The notes beneath the pieces are model-generated. The model had not been told where the DNA came from, ran no database searches, and saw nothing but the letters and a program-made list of their open reading frames with translations. The position numbers and the translations under genes are program-made. Source: Planctomycetota bacterium (GTDB taxonomy: Bacteria; Planctomycetota; UBA1135; UBA2386). Taken from it: a stretch of 64,000 nt of DNA. The stretch spans positions 5,792,001 through 5,856,000 of the forward strand of contig JBKAGP010000001.1 of NCBI GenBank assembly GCA_046290465.1. The letters are read 5' to 3'. Of this stretch, positions 46,850 through 57,269 are shown piece by piece (positions within the stretch are counted from its first letter, which is position 1; the number at the start of each line of letters is the position of its first letter).

Positions 46850-47560
46850 GTCGTCGGACGCGTGGTGGTGGGAAGCAGACCGTCGCCTTCGGTCTACCGG
46901 AGCAGAGCATACCTGCTTCCGTATCGGAAGGGGCCATGCGCGGGCGCGGCGCGGGCCGCCGTGGTGGTGGGAACGGCACGGTGGTGGTGGGGAACAGAGG
47001 GGTTTGGCGAGGCCGCAGCGGCCTCGCAGGAAGCACTACCTCGCGCGCAGGATCCGGTCACCTCGAATCGCGCGGGCGTGGTGCGAGGCCTTCGCCCGCG
47101 GTGCGCCCCCGGTTGCCGGGATCCGGGCCGGCCGCTCCAAGCGCCGTCGCCTGGACGGCTCGGCCGTATCGGTCGGTTCGGACACGTGGTCCGTACAGAG
47201 GTCGAGGCTGGACAAGCCAGCCTCGACGAGGTTTGGGCGGTGCATGGGTACCGCCCCAGCAATAGTTCCGTCCTCAGGATCCGCGTGAAAGCGCGAGACG
47301 TGCTGATCGGCTCGCTGACCGATCAGCAGCACCAAGAGCTTGCGCTCTGGAACAGACCCCTCTGATTCGCGATGCCGTCTCGGCGTCCGAGATGCTCGCA
47401 CGGGATCCAGGAGGACGGGAAAGAGCTTCTGCAAGGAGGCATGGTTCCTCGCAGAACACTCCTTGGACGACCGCAGGTCCGCCCCGGGTTCCGTCACGCT
47501 CTCCAAAAAAGCGAAGATCCGCAGCGATTCGGGCTGAGCGATCCCGCACGCACGTGCCGG
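46850..47560 (+). ncRNA. Candidate large structured non-coding RNA (family unassigned)
   Basis: Multiple nested and long-range stems with G-U wobbles that are consistent only on the + strand. No convincing ORF. Confidence 0.4.
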
Positions 47561-47598
47561 TGGCACGGGCGTCTCGGGGGTGTCCCGGCGGCCGCCGG

Positions 47599-48939
47599 CT
47601 ACGGCAGCTGCAGCGGCGCGCGGTCGCCGGTCTCGGCCATGCGGCGGATGTGCTCGTGCACCTGCATCGCCCGCTTCACGCACTGGTCGCTGTTGTGGTA
47701 CTCGTAGCGTCCGAAGCGACCGAACGTCAGGTAGCCGCTGTCGTCGAACCACTGGCGCACGCGGGCGACCCGCGCGGCGAACTCGAGGTCCTGGTCGATG
47801 TACGCAAACTCGTTGTTGCACGCCTCGAGCAGCACGACCTGCTCCTTTCGCAGGATGCCGGCGCGGTCGAGGCCGTCGACGACGCCCTGCAGCCACTCGC
47901 GGTCGTCGGGCCGCAGGTCGCCGCGGTGCGTGACCTCGGCGAGGAAGCAGCCGTGCCCTGCGGGCGCGTTGAACTTCGAGTAGTTGCTGTAGTAGGTGAC
48001 GCGGTTGGTCGGTCCCTGCTCTTCGAACGGCAGGTAGATCCAGCTCAGGTCGGGCAGCGGCTCGTCGAGCTTGACGCCGATCATCACGTTGATCAGCGAG
48101 ATCGGCTCGAGCGCGCGGATGTCGGCGCGCACGTGGTCGGGGATCTTCTCGATCACGCCTTCGATCTGCGGCAGCGGCACGGTGTTGACGACCAGGTCGT
48201 AGGCCTCGCCGTTGACCTCGAAGCCGTCGCCCTTCTGCGCGACCCGCTCGACGACCGCGTTGCAGACGAGGTCGAAGCCGCCGCCGTTGGCGGTCCCCTT
48301 GACCATCGTCTCGAAGCCGCCGTGCAGCGGGAACCAGAACACCGACTGGTGGGTGTAGCCCTCGGTGTCGACGCCGACGGCCGAGCGCAGGATGTCCTCG
48401 ATCGGCGCCTCGGGCACGCGGCCGGCGACCCAGTCGCTGGCCATCGTGTTGAGGTCGCGCTTCCAGATCTTGTTGTTGTACGGAACCATGAAGTGGCGGG
48501 CGAAGCCGTCGCCCATGCGCCACTGGATCCAGTCGCCGAAGTTCTCCGGGCACGCGGTGCCCATGCGGCGACCGACGTAGGCCTCGATGTAGCCCTTCAT
48601 GCAGTCGACCGTGGCCTCCTTGGTCAGGTGCCCGACGCCGTTCTCGAACGGATAGGGCACCCAGCGGTCGTGCCAACGGATCTTGGTGTTCCGCACGGTC
48701 TTCTGCGTGCCGGCGTCGCCGCCACAGACGTCGAGCTGCCAGTCCAGGACCGTCTGGTCCTTGGAGAAGATGATGTGGCCGCCGGCTTCGTCGAACGTGA
48801 AGCCGTCGTAGCTGCGGCTCTTGCACAACCCGCCGACGCGCTCGGTCTTCTCGAGCACGGTCACGCGATGGCCGTCGGCCGCGAGCATGCGGGCGAGGGC
48901 GCATCCGGAGATGCCGCCACCGAGGATGGCGATCTTCAC
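47599..48939 (-). CDS. FAD-dependent oxidoreductase (protoporphyrinogen oxidase / UDP-galactopyranose mutase-like)
   Basis: IAILGGGISG, VLEK..RVGGLCKS, FDEAGGHIIFS, PYNNKIW, FGRFGRYEYHNSDQ. Confidence 0.85.
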   Translation of the reverse strand: MKIAILGGGISGCALARMLAADGHRVTVLEKTERVGGLCKSRSYDGFTFDEAGGHIIFSKDQTVLDWQLDVCGGDAGTQKTVRNTKIRWHDRWVPYPFENGVGHLTKEATVDCMKGYIEAYVGRRMGTACPENFGDWIQWRMGDGFARHFMVPYNNKIWKRDLNTMASDWVAGRVPEAPIEDILRSAVGVDTEGYTHQSVFWFPLHGGFETMVKGTANGGGFDLVCNAVVERVAQKGDGFEVNGEAYDLVVNTVPLPQIEGVIEKIPDHVRADIRALEPISLINVMIGVKLDEPLPDLSWIYLPFEEQGPTNRVTYYSNYSKFNAPAGHGCFLAEVTHRGDLRPDDREWLQGVVDGLDRAGILRKEQVVLLEACNNEFAYIDQDLEFAARVARVRQWFDDSGYLTFGRFGRYEYHNSDQCVKRAMQVHEHIRRMAETGDRAPLQLP

Positions 48940-49059
48940 GACAGGGACTCCAGCGGCAGGCGAGGCATCGGGCGAAGAACTCTACCGCGTGTGCGGACGC
49001 GCGGACGAGTGCAAACCGCGCGAGACTTCGGTGAGGACTTGCTCGATAGTGTCGCGCCC

Positions 49060-50253
49060 TTGACGACGCCGGAACCCAACGATCCCGATTCGATCCGCGC
49101 GCCCGCACCGCGGGAAGGCATGGCCGTGCTGGCGCTGGCGATGTCGGCGTTCGTGCTCAACCTGAACTCCAATGTCATGGGCGCGCTGTTGCCGTTCGTG
49201 CGCGAGGAGTTCGGCTTCGACAACGACGGCGGCGCGCAGCTGTTGTCAGCCGCGGGCGCGGGCTCGGCGCTCGGTGCCCTGCTGGTCGCCGACGCGGGGC
49301 GATGGTTCGGCCGCCGCGCGGTGCTCGCCACCAGCCTCGGCGCGTTCGCCGTCGCCAGCGCCCTGCATCTCGTAGTCGGCTCGTTCTGGCCGTTGCTCGT
49401 GCTGCGCGCGCTCGCCGGGCTCTCGACCGGCATCGCCTACGCCGCGGCTTCGGCCGCCGTCGCCGACCTGGCGCCGTACGAACGGCGCGGCGCGGTGATG
49501 GGGCGCTTCAACGCGGGCCTGTTCCTGGCGATCCCGATCGGCCTGCCGCTGACGGTGTGGCTGGCGTCGATCGGCCACTGGCAGGCGACGTTCGTCGTGC
49601 AGGCGCTGGTCGGTGCGGTGGCGCTGGTCATGACCCTGCGCATGGTTCCGGAGCTGCCGCCTGCTCGCAACGCGCGGCGGCTGCCGCTGCTGGCCAACGG
49701 CGGGGTCGTCGCCGTGCTGGTCGCGACCATGCTGCACGTCGGCTCGTTCTTCACGGTGGTGCAGCTGGCGACGTCGTGGCTCGACGACGAAGGCATCGTG
49801 CCGAAGCAGCACCAGGTCTGGGTCTGGGTCGGCCTCGGCGCGCTGTCGGTGCTCGGCAGCGCGCTGTTCGGCAGGCTCAGCGACCGGCTCGGCAAGCGGC
49901 GCTTCGTGCTGGTGACGTCGGGCATCCTGGTGGTCTGCTTCTTCGCGCTGTCGCGCAGCTGGGGCCGCGACTACCTGCTGCCGATCGGTTGCGTGCTGGC
50001 GGTCGCGGCCGCGGCGCGCACCGGGCCGCTGCAGGCGTTGGTCTCGGGGCTGGTGCCGAGCGAGCAGCTGGGCGCCTTGATGGGGCTGCGTGGCTTCTGC
50101 ATGCAGCTGGGGGTGTTCCTGTTCGCGCTCGGCGCCTCCGGGCTGACCGACAGGCTCGGCTTCCGCGGCGTGCTGATGCTCGGCGCCGCCTGCCAGCTCG
50201 GCTCGTACCTCGCGATCCGCCTCGGCGTGCGCGAACCGGCCCCAACGCCTTGA
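49060..50253 (+). CDS. MFS transporter
   Basis: About 12 TM segments. Motifs GRWFGRR, LRALAG, ERRGAVMG, GRLSDRLGKR. TTG start inferred; ATG 49120 is an alternative. Confidence 0.9.
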   Translation: MTTPEPNDPDSIRAPAPREGMAVLALAMSAFVLNLNSNVMGALLPFVREEFGFDNDGGAQLLSAAGAGSALGALLVADAGRWFGRRAVLATSLGAFAVASALHLVVGSFWPLLVLRALAGLSTGIAYAAASAAVADLAPYERRGAVMGRFNAGLFLAIPIGLPLTVWLASIGHWQATFVVQALVGAVALVMTLRMVPELPPARNARRLPLLANGGVVAVLVATMLHVGSFFTVVQLATSWLDDEGIVPKQHQVWVWVGLGALSVLGSALFGRLSDRLGKRRFVLVTSGILVVCFFALSRSWGRDYLLPIGCVLAVAAAARTGPLQALVSGLVPSEQLGALMGLRGFCMQLGVFLFALGASGLTDRLGFRGVLMLGAACQLGSYLAIRLGVREPAPTP

Positions 50254-50397
50254 GTCCTTGGCCCCGTTGGTTCTTGGCCCCATACGTCCAGCACCGGATC
50301 GGCTGCTGGCCGACAAGCTTCGCGATCCTTCGGCCACACCGGCCGGCGGGCTGCGCTGTGCCGCGCCGTCCACCCGAAACCACGCCCTGATCTCTGC

Positions 50398-51471
50398 ATG
50401 AAGCGCCTGCTCGCCGTCTGCCTCCTCTTGCTCCCGTTCGCCACCAGCTGCGCCACCTACTCGGTCCAGCACTTCGTCGGCTCCGACGACTACGAGGTCG
50501 CCCGCGTCGAGGCGGCCGACGGATCGGTCGAGACCTACCGCCTGCAGAACGGCCGTTCGCTGCAGGTGACGACCGAGTACGAGCGCGAGCGGCCGTTCCT
50601 CGGCTTCCAGGTCGTCGAACTGACCAAGCCGCGCGCCGAGCAGCGCGGCGTCAAGCCCTACAGCGGGCTGCTGATCCAGGGGACCTACACCAAGTCGAGC
50701 GCGCGCCAGGCCGGGGCCCGCAACAACGACGTGCTGCTGGCGATCGACGGCAGCGAGATCGTCTACCTCGACCAGCTCGCCGAGGCCGAAGCCAGGCTGC
50801 GCGACCAGCAGGAGGTGCAGGTGCGGCTGTTGCGCGGCGACCAGGAGATCGACGTGACGATGCGCGCCAACCTGCTGCACGAGCAGGTCAGCGACTCGCA
50901 GCAGATCGCGCTGCGCACGCCGCCGTCGTCGCCGCGCCCCTATGCCGGCGTCCGGCTGCGCGGGGTCCCGTCGGTGTGGGCCGAACGCATGCTCGGCGAG
51001 CCGCGCAACGCGGTGATCGTCGCCGAGGTCGAGGTCGGCTCGCCGGCGTGGCTGGCCGGCATCCGCGGCGGCGACCTGATCGAGACCGTCGACGGTGCGG
51101 CGGTGCCCGAGGTCGACGAGTTGTCGCAGCGGATCGCGGCGAAGGGGGAGGCCGGCCAGACGATGACGTGGGGCGTTCGCCGTGAGGTCGGTCGCAGCTA
51201 CGAGGCCGAGATCGAACTCGCGGACTACAGCGGGACCTCGGGCATCCACGTGCCGCTGCTGTTCGGCGCCAGCAACGGCGTCTACGAGGACAAGTGGAAC
51301 ATCGGCTGGGGCCTGATCATGGGCAACCGCAACAACTACGTCGCCGACCAGCAGACCCGCCGCGTGCAGACTCGCAACCGCTTCAGCATGCTGCTCGGCC
51401 TGTTCAAGGTCGACTCGCGCCCCGACGAGACCCGCGTGCGCCTGCTCTGGTTCATCCACTTCGACACGTAG
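50398..51471 (+). CDS. Lipoprotein with two PDZ domains
   Basis: Lipobox FATSC. PDZ patterns RPFLGF...SSARQAG...DVLLAIDG and PYAGV...GSPAWLAGIRGGDLIETVDG. Confidence 0.85.
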   Translation: MKRLLAVCLLLLPFATSCATYSVQHFVGSDDYEVARVEAADGSVETYRLQNGRSLQVTTEYERERPFLGFQVVELTKPRAEQRGVKPYSGLLIQGTYTKSSARQAGARNNDVLLAIDGSEIVYLDQLAEAEARLRDQQEVQVRLLRGDQEIDVTMRANLLHEQVSDSQQIALRTPPSSPRPYAGVRLRGVPSVWAERMLGEPRNAVIVAEVEVGSPAWLAGIRGGDLIETVDGAAVPEVDELSQRIAAKGEAGQTMTWGVRREVGRSYEAEIELADYSGTSGIHVPLLFGASNGVYEDKWNIGWGLIMGNRNNYVADQQTRRVQTRNRFSMLLGLFKVDSRPDETRVRLLWFIHFDT

Positions 51472-51560
51472 GTAGCGGTACGGTATGCGGTTCATCCTCC
51501 AACTTCCGCCGCGCGACGCGCGGCGGAAGTTGGAGGATGAACCGCGTACCGTACCGCTAC
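51472..51560. repeat. 89-bp near-perfect palindrome (REPIN/MITE-like; possible bidirectional terminator)
   Basis: 44-nt arms at 51472-51515 and 51517-51560 with one mismatch, termini GTAG...CTAC, between convergent genes. Confidence 0.9.
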
Positions 51561-52396
51561 TTCTGGCAGTTGCTGCACCAGTAGGTGCTGCGGCCCTGCT
51601 GGACGGCGCGGCGGATCTCGGCCCTGCAGCGTGGGCACGGCAGGCCGTCGCGTTCGTAGACGCGCAGTTCGCGGGCGAAGTAGCCGGCGTGCTCGTCGAC
51701 GCCGACGTAGTCGCGGAAGCTGGTGCCGCCGGCTTCGATCGCCGCCGCCAGCACCTTCTGGACCGACGCGGCGAGCAGCTCGCACTCCTTGCGGGTCAGC
51801 GACTTCGCCGCGCGCCGCGGCCGCACCCGCGCGTGCCAGCACGATTCGCTGGCGTAGATGTTGCCGACGCCGACGATCAGGTTGCCGTTCATCAGCAGCT
51901 GCTTGATGGCGACCTTGCGGTTGCGCGTGATGCGGTGCAGGAACGCGCCGTCGAAGCCCGGCTCGAGCGGCTCGACGCCGAGGTCCTTGAGCAGCGGGTG
52001 GCTGGCGAGCTCGCCGCCGGCGCCGACGTCGAGCGCGCCGAACCGGCGCGGGTCGACGAACCGCACCAGCCGGTCGCCGAAGTCCATGCGCCAGTGCTCG
52101 TGCTTGCGGTATTCGGGTCGCGCGGCGCGCACCCCGATCGGGTCGACGATCAGCCGGCCGGTCATGCCGAGGTGGATCAGCGCGACCGGAGTGTCCGGGC
52201 CGTCGAAGCGCACCAGGATGTACTTCGACCGCCGCTCGACGGCCGTGCAGCGGCGCCCGACCAGACCCTGCAGCAGATCGGCGGGCATCGGCCAGCGCAG
52301 ATCGGGGCGCTGCAGGTGGACGGCGCGCAGCCGGCGGCCTACGAGGTGCGGTTCGGCGCCTGTCCGGACGGTTTCGACTTCGGGCAACTCGGGCAA
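51557..52396 (-). CDS. mutM: Formamidopyrimidine-DNA glycosylase
   Basis: PELPEVET at a TTG start, RRSKYI, HLGMTG, DPRRFG, GVGNIYASE, CPRC...RSTYWCSNCQ zinc finger. Confidence 0.96.
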   Translation of the reverse strand: MPELPEVETVRTGAEPHLVGRRLRAVHLQRPDLRWPMPADLLQGLVGRRCTAVERRSKYILVRFDGPDTPVALIHLGMTGRLIVDPIGVRAARPEYRKHEHWRMDFGDRLVRFVDPRRFGALDVGAGGELASHPLLKDLGVEPLEPGFDGAFLHRITRNRKVAIKQLLMNGNLIVGVGNIYASESCWHARVRPRRAAKSLTRKECELLAASVQKVLAAAIEAGGTSFRDYVGVDEHAGYFARELRVYERDGLPCPRCRAEIRRAVQQGRSTYWCSNCQK

Positions 52397-52467
52397 GGTC
52401 CGTTCATCCTCGCCTCCCGGCGCCCCGCTGCCTAACATCCTTCGCCCCGGTTCGCCGCGCACGCACC

Positions 52468-52902
52468 ATGACCGACCAACCCATCCAGGAACTGCACCAC
52501 ATCGGCGTCGCCGTGCCCTCGCTCGACGACGCGCTGCCCAAGTGGACCGACGGCTTCGGCCTGCGGCTCGAGTCGGTCGACGAGGTCCCGACCGAGAAGG
52601 TCAAGGTCGCGGTGCTCAAGGCCGGCAACACCCGCATCGAGCTGCTCGAGCCGACCAGCGACGACTCGCCGATCGCCAGGTTCCTGCAGAAGCGCGGTCC
52701 GGGCATCCACCACCTCGCGTTCCAGGTGGGGGACTGCCAGCAGAAGATCACCCAGTTGATCGACGACGGCGCCCCGATGCTCAACGAGACCCCCAACCCC
52801 GGCGCGCACGACTGCAAGGTCGCGTTCGTGCACCCGAAGTTCCTCGGCGGGGTGCTCGCCGAGCTGGTCGAAGATCCGCACGCCGAAGACTCCCACGCCT
52901 GA
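52468..52902 (+). CDS. mce: Methylmalonyl-CoA epimerase
   Basis: [47 protein letters not shown]. Adjacent to the carboxyltransferase gene. Confidence 0.93.
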   Translation: MTDQPIQELHHIGVAVPSLDDALPKWTDGFGLRLESVDEVPTEKVKVAVLKAGNTRIELLEPTSDDSPIARFLQKRGPGIHHLAFQVGDCQQKITQLIDDGAPMLNETPNPGAHDCKVAFVHPKFLGGVLAELVEDPHAEDSHA

Positions 52903-52942
52903 AGACCTCCCACGCTTAGAGAACCACGCCTGGATCGAAGTC

Positions 52943-54499
52943 ATGACCGACACCAACGGAATGGACAAACTGAACGAGCTGCGCGAACGGTCGCTGCAGG
53001 GCGGCGGCGAGAAGCGCATCGCGGCGCAGCACGAGCGCGGCAAGCTGACGGCGCGCGAGCGCATCGACCTGCTGGTCGACCCCGGCACGTTCGTCGAGAT
53101 CGACCGCTTCGTGACGCACCGCTGCCGCGACTTCGGCATGGACTCGGAGAAGAACGAGATCCTCGGCGACGGCGTCGTGACCGGCAGCGCCAAGATCGAC
53201 GGCCGGCCGGTGTACCTGTTCGCGCAGGACTTCACCGTGTTCGGCGGCAGCCTGTCCGAGACCCACGCGCAGAAGATCGTCAAGGTCATGGACCTGGCGA
53301 TGAAGATGGGCGTGCCGATGCTCGGCCTGTGCGATTCGGGCGGCGCGCGCATCCAGGAGGGCGTCGTCTCGCTCGCTGGCTACGCCAACATCTTCCTGCG
53401 CAACACGCTCGCCAGCGGCGTGATCCCGCAGATCAGCGCGATCATGGGCCCGTGTGCCGGCGGCGCGGTCTACTCGCCGTCGATCACCGACTTCATCATG
53501 ATGGTCGAGGGCTCGAGCTTCATGCACATCACCGGGCCCGACGTGGTCAAGACGGTGACGCACGAGGACACGACGTCCGAAGAGCTCGGCGGCGCGCGCG
53601 TTCACAGCGAGACGTCCGGCGTCGCGCACTTCACCGCGCCCGACGACGCGGCCTGCCTGATGCAACTGCGCGAACTGCTCAGCTACCTGCCGCTCAACAA
53701 CGGTGAGGACCCGCCGTTCCGCAGCACGGACGACGATCCGAACCGCATGGAGGAGGCGCTCGACACGATCGTGCCCGAGTCCAGCGACCAGCCGTACGAC
53801 ATGAAGCAGGTCGTCAAGCACATCGTCGACGACGGCACGTTCTTCGAGGTGCACGCGCGCTACGCCAAGAACATCCTCGTCGGCTTCGCGCGGCTCGGCG
53901 GCCGCGTCGTCGGCATCATCGGCAACCAGCCGGCGCACCTCGCCGGCGTGCTCGACATCAAGGCGAGCATCAAGGGGGCGCGGTTCGTGCGCTTCTGCGA
54001 CGCGTTCAACATCCCGCTGGTCTGCATGGAGGACGTGCCGGGCTTCCTGCCGGGCACCGAGCAGGAGTGGAACGGCATCATCACGCACGGCGCCAAGCTG
54101 CTGTATGCGTTCTGCGAGGCGACCGTGCCGCGACTGACCGTGATCACGCGCAAGGCCTACGGCGGCGCCTACACGGTGATGAACAACCTGCACATCCGCG
54201 CCGATGCGATGTTCGCGTGGCCGAAGGCGGAGATCGCGGTGATGGGCGCCGAGGGGGCCGCCAAGATCGTGTTCCGCCGCGAGATCCAGGGCGCCGACGA
54301 TCCCAAGGCCGAAGAGAAGCGGTTGGTCGACGGCTACAAGGACAAGTTCGCCAACCCCTACCAGGCGGCCGCGCGCGGCTTCGTCGACGACGTCATCGAG
54401 CCGCGCCGCACGCGGCCGATGCTGATCCAGGCGCTGGAGCTGCTGCGCAGCAAGCGGGACACGAACCCGCCGAAGAAGCACGGCAACATCCCGCTGTGA
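52943..54499 (+). CDS. pccB: Propionyl-CoA carboxylase beta chain / acyl-CoA carboxyltransferase
   Basis: [64 protein letters not shown]. Confidence 0.93.
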   Translation: MTDTNGMDKLNELRERSLQGGGEKRIAAQHERGKLTARERIDLLVDPGTFVEIDRFVTHRCRDFGMDSEKNEILGDGVVTGSAKIDGRPVYLFAQDFTVFGGSLSETHAQKIVKVMDLAMKMGVPMLGLCDSGGARIQEGVVSLAGYANIFLRNTLASGVIPQISAIMGPCAGGAVYSPSITDFIMMVEGSSFMHITGPDVVKTVTHEDTTSEELGGARVHSETSGVAHFTAPDDAACLMQLRELLSYLPLNNGEDPPFRSTDDDPNRMEEALDTIVPESSDQPYDMKQVVKHIVDDGTFFEVHARYAKNILVGFARLGGRVVGIIGNQPAHLAGVLDIKASIKGARFVRFCDAFNIPLVCMEDVPGFLPGTEQEWNGIITHGAKLLYAFCEATVPRLTVITRKAYGGAYTVMNNLHIRADAMFAWPKAEIAVMGAEGAAKIVFRREIQGADDPKAEEKRLVDGYKDKFANPYQAAARGFVDDVIEPRRTRPMLIQALELLRSKRDTNPPKKHGNIPL

Positions 54500-54524
54500 T
54501 GGCCGTGGCTGGGGGCGCGGAACG

Positions 54525-56069
54525 ATGAAGGCCAGTCGGTCGGTTCCCGTAGGGCTGGGTCTTCTGATCGGGCTGGGTCTGCTGGTCGGGCTGGCGTTGC
54601 TTCTTCGGGGGACGTGGGGTGGTGTCGCGCCGGAGGCTCCGGTCAACTCCGCTGGGCCGCCGCCGGCCGAAGGGCGCCGCGGCGAGCGGGCTCCCGATGT
54701 GGCTGGTCGGCAGCCAGTCCCTGTTCCCGATGCTGGTGGGATCGTGGTTCGCGTTGTCGATGCGGGCTCTGGGGCGGCGCTGGCGGGAGCGTGGGTGGGC
54801 AAAGCCGGTGAGGTGGTCGCGGGCGTGGATGGGGGCTTCTCGCTGCCGGTCGAGGTGATGGGAGAGGTCTGGGTTGCCGGTTGTCCTGGCTTCTACGTGC
54901 AGGAGTTCGAAGTGGGGCGGGGCGGCGAGGTGCGGCTCGAGAGCCAGCGGCGGGTGGCCGGGCTCGTGCAGTTCGAGACCGATGTGGATCGTCCGGAACC
55001 GGCCCTCCTGCGCGCGTCGGCTTCTGGAGCGAACGTGTTGGGCGACGGATTCGTCGCGTTCAAGTTCGAGGTTCGTCCGGACTACGGCTTCGCGTTCGAG
55101 CCTGGGCAGGCGAAGAGTCTGGATCTGAGTCTTCGGCACGTCCGCACGAGGCAGGAGCTCGGCACGGTGACGTGGCGCTTTCCGCAAGAGCATGTCGTCA
55201 TCCGGGCTCGTGCGCCGTCGCCCGAAGGGGCTGCCGGGATCGCGCGGCGCATTGTCGTGCAGCTGGATGCGGAGTATCTGGCTGCCTGGCAGGCCGGGGC
55301 GCTAGGCAAGGACCTTCGTCGCGTCGAGTTGTTCGTTCGGGAGGCCGGGGAAGTCGCGGCCCGTGCGAGCGCCGTGGTGGGCGGTGCGGGACAGCACGTC
55401 GAATCCAGGATCGGGAGTAGGGAGCTGTCGGATGTCTCGCCGGAGTTCGATGCGGTGATCCGCGCCGGCACGTACGACTTCGAACTGCGAGATCACGTGC
55501 TGGGCACGTCGTTCGTCTGGCGCGGCACGCAGCTGGGCAGCGAGCAGCAGGAAGTCGTGCTCGCGGTGCCGGGGCGAGGCAGCGTGTCCGCGCGCCTGCA
55601 TGGCATCGACGCAGCGGAGGTCGCCCTGATGACCCATCCGGCGTTCTTCCACCTCTTGTCGCGGGATGGTGCGGTCGTTCTTCGCGCCTACTGCCCAGAT
55701 GGTCAGGCTGGCGTGCATGCCCCGTGCGTGGCGCCCGGTCGCTACTTCGCGCTCGCATACGCCGACAACGCCGAGCACCCGTTCCTGCGTTCGCCGCTGG
55801 TGCCTTGCGAGGTCGTGGAGGGACAGGTCTCCGCTTTGGACCTGTTCCTGGAGCCGGCCGGGATCGTCGAGATCCACGCCGACGTCGGTCCGCATGCGGG
55901 AACGATCGAGAGTGTCGACGGGGTCGTGCTGCACCGGTTCGACCTGCGCGAACGCAAGCACACGTCGCTTCCGCTGGCTCCGGGTGACTACGTGGTGGTC
56001 ACCGGCGGTAGCCGGCGCGCGGTGCGCGTGAGTCGAGAGGCGGTTGCCGCCGTGCACCTGCCGCTTTGA
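54525..56069 (+). CDS. Membrane-anchored hypothetical protein with beta-sandwich (carboxypeptidase-regulatory-like) segments; atypical codon usage
   Basis: N-terminal TM, VRVVDAGSGAALAGA, AGTYDF, APGRYF, LAPGDYVV. Many T-ending codons. Confidence 0.7.
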   Translation: MKASRSVPVGLGLLIGLGLLVGLALLLRGTWGGVAPEAPVNSAGPPPAEGRRGERAPDVAGRQPVPVPDAGGIVVRVVDAGSGAALAGAWVGKAGEVVAGVDGGFSLPVEVMGEVWVAGCPGFYVQEFEVGRGGEVRLESQRRVAGLVQFETDVDRPEPALLRASASGANVLGDGFVAFKFEVRPDYGFAFEPGQAKSLDLSLRHVRTRQELGTVTWRFPQEHVVIRARAPSPEGAAGIARRIVVQLDAEYLAAWQAGALGKDLRRVELFVREAGEVAARASAVVGGAGQHVESRIGSRELSDVSPEFDAVIRAGTYDFELRDHVLGTSFVWRGTQLGSEQQEVVLAVPGRGSVSARLHGIDAAEVALMTHPAFFHLLSRDGAVVLRAYCPDGQAGVHAPCVAPGRYFALAYADNAEHPFLRSPLVPCEVVEGQVSALDLFLEPAGIVEIHADVGPHAGTIESVDGVVLHRFDLRERKHTSLPLAPGDYVVVTGGSRRAVRVSREAVAAVHLPL

Positions 56070-56096
56070 CGGAGCCGCTGTGACGGAGCCGCAACC

Positions 56097-57167
56097 TCAG
56101 AGGTCGATCGTGCGCCCCTCGCGCGCCGACTGGTCGGCGGCCAGCACGATGCGCAGGCTGTTGACCGCATCGTCGACGTGGTCGGTCAGGTCGACGTCGT
56201 TCTGGATCGCGTCCAGCAGGAACTGCTGCTCGCGCAGGCACAGGCCGTCGTGGTCCGGTTCGTCGGTGGTGTCGATCCACTCGTCGGGCCGGGTGAACTC
56301 GTCGTCCTGGTCGCGGTCCTGCCAGTGCACCTTCAGCGAGTTGGTCGCGGTGTGCGAGTCGACGTCGGCGCTGCCGTCCTTGCGTTCGCCCTCGCGCTCG
56401 GTGATCGACACGCAACCCTTCGGGCCGATGACGTCCTTCACGAAGTAGGCGGTCTCGCTCATCATCGGGCCCCAGCCGGCCTCGTACCAGCCGACCGAGC
56501 CGTCCTCGAACGTCACCTGCAGCTGGCCGTAGTTGTACATGCCCGGCTTGAGCTCGTCGGACAGCCGCGCCTGGATCGCCGACACGCGCACCGGCTTGCT
56601 GCGCGTCATCTGGCACATCACGTCGACGTAGTGCACGCCGCAGTCGACGATCGGCGACATCGAGTCCATCAGCGCCTTGTGCGTCGTCCAGTCCTTGCCG
56701 CGGCTCTGCTGGTTGAGGTTCATGCGCATCACCAGCGGCTTGCCGAGCGTCTGCGCGACCTCGATGAACTTCTGCCACGCCGGGTGCACCCGCAGGATGT
56801 AGCCGATCACCATCTTGCGGCCGTGCTGCTTGCACAGGTCGGCGATCTGCTGGGCCTCTTCGACCGTCTCGGCGAGCGGCTTCTCGCAGAACACGTGGCT
56901 GCCGCCCGCGAGCGCCGTGCGGGCGATCGCCGCGTGGGTGTCGGGGTAGGTGTTGATCGAGACGACGTCCGGCCTGGTCTCGGCGTAGGCCGACTCGAAG
57001 TCGCCGAACGTCGCGACCCCGCCGAGCTCCTCGGCCAGCGCCTCGCGGGTCTCCGGGCGGCGGGCGACCAGCCCGACCAGTTCGTAGCCATCGAGCTGGT
57101 GGTAGGCGCGGGCATGGGATCGACCCATGTTGCCGCAGCCGACGACGAGAACGCGCAGGGATGCCAT
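56097..57167 (-). CDS. Gfo/Idh/MocA family oxidoreductase
   Basis: VLVVGCGNMG, DVVSINT, HVFCEKPLA, DCGVHYVD. Confidence 0.92.
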   Translation of the reverse strand: MASLRVLVVGCGNMGRSHARAYHQLDGYELVGLVARRPETREALAEELGGVATFGDFESAYAETRPDVVSINTYPDTHAAIARTALAGGSHVFCEKPLAETVEEAQQIADLCKQHGRKMVIGYILRVHPAWQKFIEVAQTLGKPLVMRMNLNQQSRGKDWTTHKALMDSMSPIVDCGVHYVDVMCQMTRSKPVRVSAIQARLSDELKPGMYNYGQLQVTFEDGSVGWYEAGWGPMMSETAYFVKDVIGPKGCVSITEREGERKDGSADVDSHTATNSLKVHWQDRDQDDEFTRPDEWIDTTDEPDHDGLCLREQQFLLDAIQNDVDLTDHVDDAVNSLRIVLAADQSAREGRTIDL

Positions 57168-57269
57168 GCCCCGTTCATACCGTGCGCGGCATTCCGGTCC
57201 CAGCGGCATCGCGGTCGGTCGCCGCCCCTCGATCCCGAGGCCGCTGGTCGCTACCTTGGCCGCCCTGTC

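Noticed and set aside
46850..47560. RNase P RNA, tmRNA or SRP RNA as the identity of the structured region
   Set aside because: I found no GAGGAAAGTCC or CGGCTTA (RNase P), no tRNA-like T-arm/CCA end (tmRNA) and no SRP domain IV motif on either strand.
52885..52932. Three imperfect CCACGC(C/T)T repeats at the mce-pccB junction
   Set aside because: Short and degenerate, probably slippage duplication of the mce 3' end.
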